NCBI GenBank assembly: GCA_009859145.1
Contig: VRVR01000056.1
Location: 85 to 64,084, forward strand
Direction of reading: 5' to 3'
Length of the DNA: 64,000 nt
Source: Andalucia godoyi And28
Taxonomy: Eukaryota > Protista > Jakobida
Both the position numbers and the translations under genes were made by a program. Shown piece after piece: positions 1 to 9,455 of the stretch (the first letter of the stretch is position 1; each line of letters opens with the position of its first letter). The notes beneath the pieces are model-generated. The model was not told the DNA's origin, made no database searches, and saw nothing but the letters and a program-made list of their open reading frames with translations.

Positions 1-48
1 CCTTGAGTGCGATTATCAGCAGACCGGCCTACCGGCTTGCACTCTTCC

Positions 49-2916
49 TCAAATGATGTTTCCTACAGTTCCAGGAGGTGCTGGAGTGAACCGGTCTGGA
101 TGGAAAGAGCACGCGGCTTGTTGCGGCTGCCGCAGGTTGCGGAAGTATTTGAAAGTTAGCTTGCGCAACATCTCAAGTCGAACAGGTTTCGAAATGTAAT
201 CCTCCATTCCTGCGTCCAAGCACCGTTCGCGGTCTTCATCCATAGCACACGCCGTCACAGCCAAGATTGGCAGTCTCCCGGTCTGGTGCGACGTCTCCCA
301 TTCGCGGATGCTGGCTGCTGCCGCAACCCCGTCCATCTCTGGCATTTGGACGTCCATTAAGACCATGCCGTACGCGTCGTGATTTGCTTCGACAAGGGCA
401 CACGCCTCCTTTCCTGTCGATGCAATATCCACGCGGAAGCCAAGCTTGGAGAGCAATACAGACATTACACGTTGGTTGATCGTGTTGTCTTCGGCAACCA
501 GCAATTTCCCATAGCATGCGTCCGGCTCACGAGCCGCATTCAACTGTTCAGGCCCGAACTGGCGCGTGTCGTGATCCTGGCATTCCAGAACCGTGGATCG
601 TCGGTCCTTAGAACACCGCTGCAGCGCGTCAGCAAACTGGGACTGCTTGCACGGAAACACCAACCTGTCGTTCTCTGGCAAGCTTTGAGCCAGGCCTGTG
701 TCCCGTACGCGATACAAGATGATCACACGTGCGCTTTCGGCGCTCTGTAAACGCCCGGCAAGGATCGAAACGGCCGCAGGTGTTGAAGACAGCAGCGCTG
801 TACAGATGACATCCATTTCCTGTGTGCCGGAAGACACTTCCGTCGTTTCCTCCAATGCAGTTATCGGTATCTCTAGCGCTCTTGCATACTCGGCAACCAT
901 GGTCTGCATGTCATCCGGAAGGCCGAAAATACCTATATGCTTGCATGAACAAGTCGTATCGATTCTGCGGTCCTGAAACAGATCGAGGGTGTAGTGCGGG
1001 ATTGTAAACGGAAGCATTACCGTGAACCGTGACCCATGGTGCAGTTTGCTCTCCAAATTAACCGTGCCACCCATGACTTCTATAAACTTTGATGCGATTG
1101 TAAGGCCAAGCCCCGAACCTCCAAATCTTCTTGTTGAACTGGCATCCGCTTGCCAGAATGGAAGGAAAATATTCGCCATCACGTCTTCTGTCATTCCAAT
1201 TCCAGTATCCGTGATCTCAAACGTAACATTCACTGACCCGGAATCATCCATGAGGCTTGTACGTGAGGTATATGCTCTCAACTGCACCGTACCGCTGTCT
1301 GTATATTTGACGGCGTTTCCCAGGATATTTGTGATGATTGACGACAGCTTCTGTGCATCTCCGCACAATGTTCCAACGTCAACGAGAGGCTTGGATACAC
1401 TCAGCAGCATTTGTACATTCTTCTGACGGGCAAGCTCTCCAACGATGTCACCGCAATTTTCCACGACAGACAACAGGTGAAATTCTGCATTCTTCACCAG
1501 GACCTCGCCAGACTCCACTTTCGTCAAATCCAGTATATCATTAATCAACTCCAAAAGAATGAACCCTGATCGCCGAAGAATGGTCAATGCCTCTCGATGC
1601 TGCGGCAAAAGGGAGTCGTCTTCCAGAATGGCGTCCGAAATGCCCAAGATTGCATTGAGAGGAGTTCGTGTTTCGTGACTGATGTTCGCCAGAAACTGAG
1701 TTTTCGCCCTCGCTGCTTTGATTGCCTCATCTCGTGCTTTCCGGAGATCGTCAGATTGCTTCAGCTTGTCAGTGATGTCTCGAACGAACGCACAGAAGCG
1801 AACGCGATTTCTAAAGTGCAGTGGTGTCACGGATAACTCCATTTGCACAACATTCCCGCTCTTCGTCACTCCAGAAACCTGGACAAACCGACCAAACAAC
1901 GGTGCTATTCCAGTTTTCAAGTATCGTTTAATGCCTTCCGCGTGGGCTTTTCGGAATTGAACAGGAACAATGAGGTCGTCCAGTTCTCTGCCGACGGTCT
2001 CCATAGCAGTCCACTCAAAGATCCGCGTTGCTTGTTCGTTCCAGTATCGGACAACACCATCCTCATCAATCACGATAAAGGCTTCGAACGATTTGCCCAT
2101 TAGCCGTTCAAAATGGAGGTCCGGACTATCGAAATAAGCAGCGAGCTGGCGGCAACCCTCAATCCCAAGACGCAGCCAGATCGGAACGGATAGAAGAAGA
2201 AAATGCCCTGCATGCCACTCTTGATCATACGCAGACCATGAGAGGAAGGCAACGAAACCAGAGAGAGGGGCAATAAATTGGATCCGATGGGAGGCGTCCG
2301 GGAACGAAGTCCGTGTCGAGAGCCAGAACAGAACGACCAGCCGACCGACCTGTTGAAGCATGCGAGATTGCCACACTCCATTTGAACAGATTCCATGCAA
2401 TTGCACGGCCGTTAGCAAGACTGATACGGTGACAATCACGGTTTGTACCGATGTGTGCGAACGCAATGTAGACGCCGGGCTGCACGCTCGAGCCACAATC
2501 ACAAAGAAGAGCGCTAGCGTGGTGACAGTGGAGCTCCACGCCGGTGCAAGTCCGATGCCAGGGACAAAGGCTGTTGCGAAATACACCGAGGATGCGAACA
2601 GAGATTGTCTGATGGACAGGATCGGGAAAGATACCGACATTGAGCATGAAAGACTGTGAACGAGGATACTCAATGAGCGTGCATGCATTGAAAAGCCATG
2701 AAAGAAGAGGGGAGAAACAGGGTTTCGCAATTTGTAGGTGTTTTGTGATGTTGGCGGAACTGGCACAACGTATCGCATCGCGTATGGGCAGATCCGAGGA
2801 GAGTCCCCAACCACCCCCATCGCAGGCTGCTTGCAAAACAAAAACAAAAAAAAAAATTCTTTCCCAGAGCGCACGAGGGCCTGGTCTCGCGGGTGTCCTC
2901 TGCTATGAGCGTTCAC
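49..2916 (-). CDS. Hybrid sensor histidine kinase (TM region-PAS-HisKA-HATPase_c-receiver)
   Basis: PAS (AFIVIDEDGVVRYWNEQATRIF), H-box FLANISHETRTPLNAILG, N-box NILGNAVKYT, G1 DTGIGM, G2 GGSGLGL, receiver LVAEDN...LMDVQMPEMDG...KP. True start probably downstream of the ORF start (e.g. ATG 2688). Confidence 0.93.
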   Translation of the reverse strand: MNAHSRGHPRDQALVRSGKEFFFLFLFCKQPAMGVVGDSPRICPYAMRYVVPVPPTSQNTYKLRNPVSPLFFHGFSMHARSLSILVHSLSCSMSVSFPILSIRQSLFASSVYFATAFVPGIGLAPAWSSTVTTLALFFVIVARACSPASTLRSHTSVQTVIVTVSVLLTAVQLHGICSNGVWQSRMLQQVGRLVVLFWLSTRTSFPDASHRIQFIAPLSGFVAFLSWSAYDQEWHAGHFLLLSVPIWLRLGIEGCRQLAAYFDSPDLHFERLMGKSFEAFIVIDEDGVVRYWNEQATRIFEWTAMETVGRELDDLIVPVQFRKAHAEGIKRYLKTGIAPLFGRFVQVSGVTKSGNVVQMELSVTPLHFRNRVRFCAFVRDITDKLKQSDDLRKARDEAIKAARAKTQFLANISHETRTPLNAILGISDAILEDDSLLPQHREALTILRRSGFILLELINDILDLTKVESGEVLVKNAEFHLLSVVENCGDIVGELARQKNVQMLLSVSKPLVDVGTLCGDAQKLSSIITNILGNAVKYTDSGTVQLRAYTSRTSLMDDSGSVNVTFEITDTGIGMTEDVMANIFLPFWQADASSTRRFGGSGLGLTIASKFIEVMGGTVNLESKLHHGSRFTVMLPFTIPHYTLDLFQDRRIDTTCSCKHIGIFGLPDDMQTMVAEYARALEIPITALEETTEVSSGTQEMDVICTALLSSTPAAVSILAGRLQSAESARVIILYRVRDTGLAQSLPENDRLVFPCKQSQFADALQRCSKDRRSTVLECQDHDTRQFGPEQLNAAREPDACYGKLLVAEDNTINQRVMSVLLSKLGFRVDIASTGKEACALVEANHDAYGMVLMDVQMPEMDGVAAAASIREWETSHQTGRLPILAVTACAMDEDRERCLDAGMEDYISKPVRLEMLRKLTFKYFRNLRQPQQAACSFHPDRFTPAPPGTVGNII

Positions 2917-3162
2917 GTGTACTGACTACCGGCCTGGTGCTCCGAATGGCCTTGCCATCAAGCCGGCAACATGAAAATCTTTATTGATAAAATTGAAAAC
3001 ACGATCAAGCAGACGACTCCGCTACCAAGGATGCACTTTCTCCAGCCACGCAACTTGGATCTGATCTGTGACGATGGCGAATTTCGTCGTACGGGGGGCG
3101 TCGTCGATTCCATCCACACTGATCCGACAGAACCGGCGGACTCCCGCTTATCAGTGTTTATT

Positions 3163-3801
3163 TCAGGAACCGCTGGTGGCTTTCGGAGTGGCAGCGTCTA
3201 GTGCAGTGTGGAGGGACTCTCGGATGGTGGGCCATTCGTGTGCAAGAATGCTGTACATTGCCATGCTCAAGAATCCGGTGGGCGGACCGCCAGGGAGCTT
3301 TAAAAAGTCTCGGAAAACGCCTTCGTGGACGACAGCATTTTTGTCGTAAAACGACCGCATGGCCTGGTTCTCGATCCCCGTGCGAAACTCGACGCGGTGC
3401 ACACCGACTCGAGATGAGAATGCGAGATCCAGAATCGCAAGATGGATCTCGGTCCCATACGCACATCGCTGAAACTTTGGCGCGATGACGATCCCAAACT
3501 CTCCGTGAAGGTTCGTTTCAACATCGAGTGTTCGGAACCCAGCGCCACCAACCCACTCAAGTGTGTGCTTGTCTCTCGCCACAAAGGACCATCCTCGGTT
3601 CGCATAAAAGTCGCGCTCTTGCCCCTCGCGACGTTTTTGCACCTGCTCTAGTGTCCAGCCTCCACTCGAGTTGCAGTTCAGATGCGGCAGATGTTTCACA
3701 ATTTCCGCGTCCGAAAATAAGGACTGAATGAACATATCGCTATCAACAGGCGGAGGCGACAACAGCTCCAATCGCACCGTCTCGATCCTTCCAGGCAGCA
3801 T
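3163..3801 (-). CDS. GNAT N-acetyltransferase, RimJ/RimL-like
   Basis: IETVRLEL start, WVGGAGF, GEFGIVIAPKFQRCAYGTE, VHRVEFRTGIENQAMRSFYDK, HEGVFRD, YSILAHEW pattern. Confidence 0.85.
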   Translation of the reverse strand: MLPGRIETVRLELLSPPPVDSDMFIQSLFSDAEIVKHLPHLNCNSSGGWTLEQVQKRREGQERDFYANRGWSFVARDKHTLEWVGGAGFRTLDVETNLHGEFGIVIAPKFQRCAYGTEIHLAILDLAFSSRVGVHRVEFRTGIENQAMRSFYDKNAVVHEGVFRDFLKLPGGPPTGFLSMAMYSILAHEWPTIRESLHTALDAATPKATSGS

Positions 3802-4006
3802 TTCCTTATTTCCTTATTTCCTTATTTCCTTATTTCCTTATTTCCTTATTTCCTTATTTCCTTATTTCCTTATTTCCTTATTTCCTTATTTCCTTATTTC
3901 CTTATTTCCTTATTTCCTTATTTCCTTATTTCCTTATTTCCTTATTTCCTTATTTCCTTATTTCCTTATTTCCTTATTTCCTTATTTCCTTATTTCCTTA
4001 TTTCCT
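3800..4006. repeat. Perfect tandem array (ATTTCCTT)x25 plus a partial unit
   Basis: Read directly; 8-bp period from 3800 to 4006. Confidence 0.98.
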
Positions 4007-4145
4007 CCGCTTCTCTTGCAGGCGTCCCGTCTTGCAGATGCATAATTTAAATAATTTTTTATTATAAATGAATAGATTAATTTTTAAAAAGCCCAATAGA
4101 AGCAGTACACAGCGTTCCATTGTGGTTGTTCGACTGTAGTTCCGC

Positions 4146-4745
4146 ATGAGCAGCAGCAACATCTGCGCTTGGTGCATGATGTCGTACTTTTCTTTCCTTT
4201 ACATTTTCATCCAGGTTTTCTCGGTTGTTCTCGGTTGCGCTGTGGGAGCATATTGTGTCTGGGAGATGAGCAGCAAGGGTTCGGTCGAGTACAGCTGGAC
4301 AAGGGTTCTTCCAGGAGCGTGGAAGCGGAGTATGGAATGGCGGCAATTTGGATCGTCGTTTCAGCATCTGAAAGTGTCCAATATGATCGTACTGATTGAG
4401 GCGTTGCAAAAGTCGTCTGCGGATGTGAACGAGACGGTTCTGAAGTGGTCGTTTGGACACTCGTTGGCAAAGCAGGATCTGCAGTATGGATATGAAATGA
4501 AGGTACATAAGAACCCAAAGGCCCGCGACTCGGGAATTGACGTGACGTATTCGGGAACGCTGTGCCATGGAGTGTATGCCCAGGCAACCAACACGTGCGT
4601 CATGAACTTTTTTCTTCCAAACGCAACTGTGACGACAACATACCACATTGTGGACAATGACACCATCACAGTTTGTGTTTCCGAAGTCGACGAGCGTCAG
4701 ATGCCAACCATCCAGTATGGCACAATGTTTCGCATCAAGCAGTGA
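4146..4745 (+). CDS. Hypothetical protein with N-terminal hydrophobic segment and beta-rich C-terminal part
   Basis: 199-aa ATG-initiated ORF, hydrophobic residues ~12-39, AT-rich flanks; no family recognised. Confidence 0.6.
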   Translation: MSSSNICAWCMMSYFSFLYIFIQVFSVVLGCAVGAYCVWEMSSKGSVEYSWTRVLPGAWKRSMEWRQFGSSFQHLKVSNMIVLIEALQKSSADVNETVLKWSFGHSLAKQDLQYGYEMKVHKNPKARDSGIDVTYSGTLCHGVYAQATNTCVMNFFLPNATVTTTYHIVDNDTITVCVSEVDERQMPTIQYGTMFRIKQ

Positions 4746-4938
4746 GTCACAAGAATGTGCGAAACCCGGAATGTACAGCATTGTTTTGTTTCTTTCCCCC
4801 CACCCTTTTTTTTATCTTGTGTGTGCATGTGTTGTTTCGGCTCTGAGCCGCCTCTTGATCTTTTGAAACAAAGTAAACCCGAAATTGTATAGAATCCAGA
4901 AAGCGAAAGAGGCGAAGGAGAAGAAATAGTTGAAGTTT

Positions 4939-5844
4939 TTACAGCATGAAACCAATGTCGAGATTCTTGAGACCGTTTCCAGCATAGAACGAGCCGAAGA
5001 TCGAGGATTGTGGGACATGGTATGCGACGAACCCGGGCCACAGCAGCGATCGCAGAACGACGGCTCCCGAGATGGAGTCTCTGACAATAGACCACGAACC
5101 CCGTGGAATGTCGTCTGCGATGCTGGGCAGAAAGTCGATTGACTTGTCCAGATGGTGCTGCTCCAGCAACGATCCCATCTTGTCTGCGTCTGCACACGCA
5201 TGCAGATACGACAGCAGTTTTCCTGCATCTTCGCTTGTCAATCCTACGAACAGCTTATTCGCGACGACCTCCTGCAGCGAATTCAGCACAAACGCGCCTC
5301 GCGGAACAACCAAACACTCTCTTAGCAGCGATTCCACGGCCAGTGAAAGACGGTTCAGCTCCGGAACCTTTGCACTTGGCACTCCACCCGCGCCCGCACC
5401 ATCGCCTCCTTCACCTGCTTCTGCAGCCGGCTCTTCGGAGCCGTCTTCATTGACGGTTCTCGGTGCAGGAACCGGCGGCGGCGTAATGTCGTCTTCCACC
5501 GTGTACACAAAGTCGGGTTTTCCCAGCAGCGGCCCGCGGATCTTCCGTGCATGATGCTTGTCGGCCTCCGAGAGCACAGGTAGCAACGCCCACTCCGCAG
5601 CAGTGTCGGACGCAGTGAACCAGGCTCGGGACGGATACGCCTGGTTCACCGCGTCATACCCAAGCGCAACAAGATAGTCGCGCTCAATGCCATTGATCTT
5701 CCCAAACAACCGAACCGCATACGACGCAGAATTCGACTGTAGAAGCGTCAGCGAAGACGCCACAAGCACACGCTCCTCCGTGGACAGAAACTGACCGGCA
5801 CTCGACACATACGCAGCGTTCGTAACTAGAGAGTGAACATCCAT
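4939..5844 (-). CDS. RSPH9: Radial spoke head protein 9 homologue
   Basis: MDVHSL...LFGKINGIERDYLVA, VVPRGAF, IADDIPRGSWS, LRSLLWPGFVAYH, FGSFYAGNGLKNLDIGFML match the family as recalled; start moved to ATG 5844. Confidence 0.9.
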   Translation of the reverse strand: MDVHSLVTNAAYVSSAGQFLSTEERVLVASSLTLLQSNSASYAVRLFGKINGIERDYLVALGYDAVNQAYPSRAWFTASDTAAEWALLPVLSEADKHHARKIRGPLLGKPDFVYTVEDDITPPPVPAPRTVNEDGSEEPAAEAGEGGDGAGAGGVPSAKVPELNRLSLAVESLLRECLVVPRGAFVLNSLQEVVANKLFVGLTSEDAGKLLSYLHACADADKMGSLLEQHHLDKSIDFLPSIADDIPRGSWSIVRDSISGAVVLRSLLWPGFVAYHVPQSSIFGSFYAGNGLKNLDIGFML

Positions 5845-5909
5845 CGTGGAAAACACACGCACCACCTACTGCAATGTATATTATAACAACCAATAAATTA
5901 ATACTTTTT

Positions 5910-6221
5910 TTAAAAAGGTAGAAAAGCAGAAGAAAAAATAGCAGGGAACTTGAAAGGATGAAAAAGAAATGTTTTATTCAAACAAAGGAATTGGGAAAAC
6001 TGAGAAGAAAAGCATTTCGGGAAGAAAGCCGGAAAACCGTTGAATAATGACACGTCATTGTCATGCATATGGAAGCATCCATAAACAGACACGGTCAAAA
6101 CTGGCCGACACGAGCACGTTTGTTTCACAGGGAATTCGTGCTTACGCACGCTCGGCCAGAATTCATCCGGTGACACGGGCTCTGCATTTTCGACACTCTT
6201 TAACGCAGCATCCGTAGCCAT
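5910..6221 (-). CDS. Small hypothetical protein
   Basis: 103-aa ATG ORF; N-terminal half looks coding, C-terminal half runs into AT-rich low-complexity sequence. Confidence 0.3.
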   Translation of the reverse strand: MATDAALKSVENAEPVSPDEFWPSVRKHEFPVKQTCSCRPVLTVSVYGCFHMHDNDVSLFNGFPAFFPKCFSSQFSQFLCLNKTFLFHPFKFPAIFSSAFLPF

Positions 6222-6274
6222 CTATTCTATCATTCGTTGATTTGGTTTTTTGGTTTCACTTTTTTAATTCAAAT

Positions 6275-6781
6275 ATGGGCGTGCTTAGGTGCGCTGGGAT
6301 GACGCCTACGCCGCTCGATGCAGGGCCTCCTAGGTCCCGCAGACCTCCTAAGAGACCACGTGTCACTACGCCTGCCGCCTCTTCCTCTCGTATCTCCAGG
6401 TGCATCAATCGCTGCAGCTGAGGACACGAAAGCGCCTGCTGCCAGGGCCGTCAGAATCAAAATGCACCCTTCTCAGGAACAACGTGTCATGCTGAGAAAG
6501 TGGCTCACCGATGGATCGAGATTGGGAACGGAGCGCGGAGCATTTATCTGAAGAACGCCGTGAGGCGTGTTGGGGCCTATCCCCTTCCCAGCAACGGGAT
6601 GCAAGACTGAATATGCATGTCCGTTCGTAGATATGCATGGTCAGTGGGTAATGTAGGCGTTGGCAGAGCAGCTTCGGCTTGATGCATTGATTCTATAAAC
6701 CAAAAGGTCCTCCGACTGGAGAAGGAAGTCCAAAGCCCGAAAAAGAGCGCTTCCTGCATTGGACTGTGGAGCCGAGTTCAG
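6275..6781 (+). mobile_element. Internally deleted TnpB/Fanzor(2)-like non-autonomous element with candidate omegaRNA tail
   Basis: 6444-6503 encodes RAVRIKMHPSQEQRVMLRKW (IS605/IS607 OrfB N-terminal motif). 6511-6525 MDRDW, one extra G at 6526, then 6527-6610 NGARSIYLKNAVRRVGAYPLPSNGMQD* (RuvC-III motif). Several hairpins follow. Element ends are tentative. Confidence 0.82.
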
Positions 6782-6895
6782 TTTTCGTGCATCATTTCTT
6801 ATACAGAAAAAAGGACGGATTCAAAAACAAAAAGACAAAAACAGGAGAAAAAGAAGAAAAAAGAAAAGAAACTAGCAAAGCAGGCATAGGAACAG

Positions 6896-8259
6896 ATGAA
6901 GCTGAAACGGTTTCTTTTGCGGTACTATCCACCAGGAATCATTCTAGAATACGAGCACTCCACGGGCGAAGTGGGAACCAAGACGATTGACCTGCTGGAT
7001 CTGACTCCCGAGTATGCATTCTGAGACATTTATTCTACATTTCATGTTTTTTTTTTCCAGCTTCTGTGGGGTTGCCGTAGTGAACTGCTGTGTGGGATTA
7101 ATGAATGTGATTGGTGTGTAGGTCTAGTTTAGAGTTGATGGCAACGCAGCTGATTCGAACGGAGTCGATGATTTCCGAGTCGCGGAGGCCGCAAGTGCTG
7201 CGATTACTTGAGAAACTCGTTGAAAAGATGGTTACGGACCGTGACCAGTCGTTTTATCTGTTCAAGGTTTTGCGAGCGCACATCCTTCCTCTTACAAACT
7301 GCGCGTTCAACAAGGGTGGTGACCGATTCATTACGGGATCGTATGACCGGACGTGCAAAGTGTGGGATACACTGACCGGCGATGAGCTTCTTTCGCTGGA
7401 AGGGCACAAGAACGTCGTGTATGCAATTGCATTCAACAATCCGTACGGAGACAAGATCATCACGGGGTCGTTTGATAAGACGTGCAAGCTGTGGGACGCA
7501 AATACGGGACAGTTGTACTACACACTTCGCGGGCACTCGACGGAAATTGTGTGTCTGTCGTTTGATCCGCAGTCGACCCAGATCGCTACGGGATCGATGG
7601 ATCATACGTCTCGCTTGTGGGATGTCGAGACGGGTGTGGAGACACACACGCTCAGTGGGCATGCAGCAGAAATCGTCTCGCTCAACTTCTCCCAGGATGG
7701 CACGATGCTGATTACGGGGTCGTTTGATCACTCTGTCAAGCTGTGGGATACGAGAACCGGCGCGTGTGTTCATACGTTTACGGGACACCAAGGCGAGGTC
7801 TCGTCAACGCAGTTTAGCTACACTGCAGAAATTTGCATTTCCGGATCCATCGACAAGAGCTGCAAGGTGTGGGATGTGCGCACTGGACGAGCGCTGTTCA
7901 CGCTTCGAGGGCATGAAGACGAGGTTCTTGATGTGGGGTTCAATGCTACGGGATCGAGGATTGTGACTGCGAGCGCGGATGCAACTGCGCGAGTATTCAA
8001 CGCAAGGACCGGAACGTGTACGTCCGTGCTGTACGGCCATGAAGGGGAAATTTCAAAAGTGTCATTCAACACACAGGGCACTAAGATCATCACTGCAAGT
8101 GCAGACAAGTCGTGCAGGTTGTGGGAGGCTGACACTGGCGAACTATTGCAAACATTGGAAGGCCACTCCGACGAAATATTCAGCTGTGCGTTCAACTATG
8201 AAGGCGACACCATCATCACCGGGTCAAAGGACAACACCTGCCGCATCTGGAAAAGCTGA
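6896..8259 (+). CDS. DAW1: Dynein assembly factor with WD repeats 1 (WDR69/ODA16); exons 6896-7011 and 7122-8259
   Basis: Exon 1 [38 protein letters not shown] joins in frame through a GTATGC...TAG intron (7012-7121) to [16 protein letters not shown]...[13 protein letters not shown]40 repeats. Confidence 0.95.
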
Positions 8260-8571
8260 AAGAAGGAACCGACTCACATGAACACGGAAGGAAATGACTT
8301 GGTTGTGCCATACTCGGCAGGCACAGCCATTCCCTTTTCTTTTCATGCGGAGGACCGGGTTTTTGCCTATTTTCTTTCACGATTGTTGCTGCTGCTGCGG
8401 CTGTTGTTGTTGTTGGCGTTGTTTGGTTGGTGGCCGTGGCCGTGTCCGTTGTCACACGCATGCACCTTTCGCCTCTCTTTTTTCCAAAACATTCATGTTT
8501 CTCAACGCTGTCTGTCACATAAAATCCAGAACATTGACCAAGAATCCTGGACACTGTGGTGTGCTGTTTTG

Positions 8572-8602
<31 letters not shown>

Positions 8603-8648
8603 TTTTGTTTTTTTTGGGCCTTTGTGCAGAGGGTGTGAAATACTCGTT

Positions 8649-9455
8649 TTACAATTTTGATTTTCGTGTCATGAACTGCTGGAACTTTCCGATGCATTCG
8701 GGCGACCGCAGCTGAGCCGCAAAGTCGAACAGCTCTCTTTCGAACGTGACTCTGAGCTGCTCTGTCGAGAGCGCGTCCAACATGAGTTTCTTGGACTTTC
8801 TCATAGCGACGGGATCCAGTGCTGCAAATTCTTCAGCGACCTTGGTGGCTCTTTCCATGAGGGACTGCTGCGAAGTCACGACTTCATTCACGAGACCGCA
8901 CTCCACGGACTGCTGCGCATTGAACGACCTTCCCAGAATCAGCATTTCCGTCGCCTTCCGCTGGCCAATCAGTCTCGGGAACAGCAGCGTAGAGCAGCCC
9001 TCGGGTACCAGGGAGAGCTGCAAAAACGGCGTCTGGAACCGTGCAGTCGTTGTGCACACTGCATACTCGCAAAACGCGAGCAGCGTCACCGCCATTCCAA
9101 TCGCAGGCCCGTTGACCGCCGCGATCACAGGCTTCTGGAAGTTCCACAGACATGAGAAGAACCGGCCAACGCCGAGAGTCCGCATATCCACAGGCGGGTT
9201 CGCTTGCGATCGCATGAAATCCTTGATGTCGTAGCCCGTCGAAAAGCTGTCCCCGTCTGCAGTCAGCAACACTGACCGTATGCGGTCGTCCGCCCCGCAG
9301 TGCGTCAAAACCGCTACAATTTCATCGCACAGTCGGTCCGAAAACGCATTCTGCACTCGTTCGCGAGCAAGCGTAAGCACCAACACACCCGAAGGCAGCA
9401 CGCACACCCGGCTCTGCGCAAGCGATATCTCCGACTCCCACCCCTTTCCACTCAT
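8649..9455 (-). CDS. Peroxisomal enoyl-CoA delta-isomerase/hydratase (crotonase fold, ECI2-like)
   Basis: FSTGYDI, KPVIAAVNGPAIG, FQTPFLQLSLVPEGCST, EMLILG motifs; C-terminal -SKL PTS1. Confidence 0.9.
   Translation of the reverse strand: MSGKGWESEISLAQSRVCVLPSGVLVLTLARERVQNAFSDRLCDEIVAVLTHCGADDRIRSVLLTADGDSFSTGYDIKDFMRSQANPPVDMRTLGVGRFFSCLWNFQKPVIAAVNGPAIGMAVTLLAFCEYAVCTTTARFQTPFLQLSLVPEGCSTLLFPRLIGQRKATEMLILGRSFNAQQSVECGLVNEVVTSQQSLMERATKVAEEFAALDPVAMRKSKKLMLDALSTEQLRVTFERELFDFAAQLRSPECIGKFQQFMTRKSKL

Noticed and set aside
3800-4006. Array as a CRISPR array or telomere
   Set aside because: No spacers and an 8-bp unit; it is internal, flanked by genes and lacks a TTAGGG-like G-run.
3728-4045. 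ORF encoding (ISLFPYFL)n
   Set aside because: Translation artefact of the 8-bp array on the strand lacking stops.
6275-6781. Intact, functional Fanzor nuclease gene
   Set aside because: Only terminal motifs remain, in three different frames; RuvC-I/II are absent. No associated transposase seen in the window.
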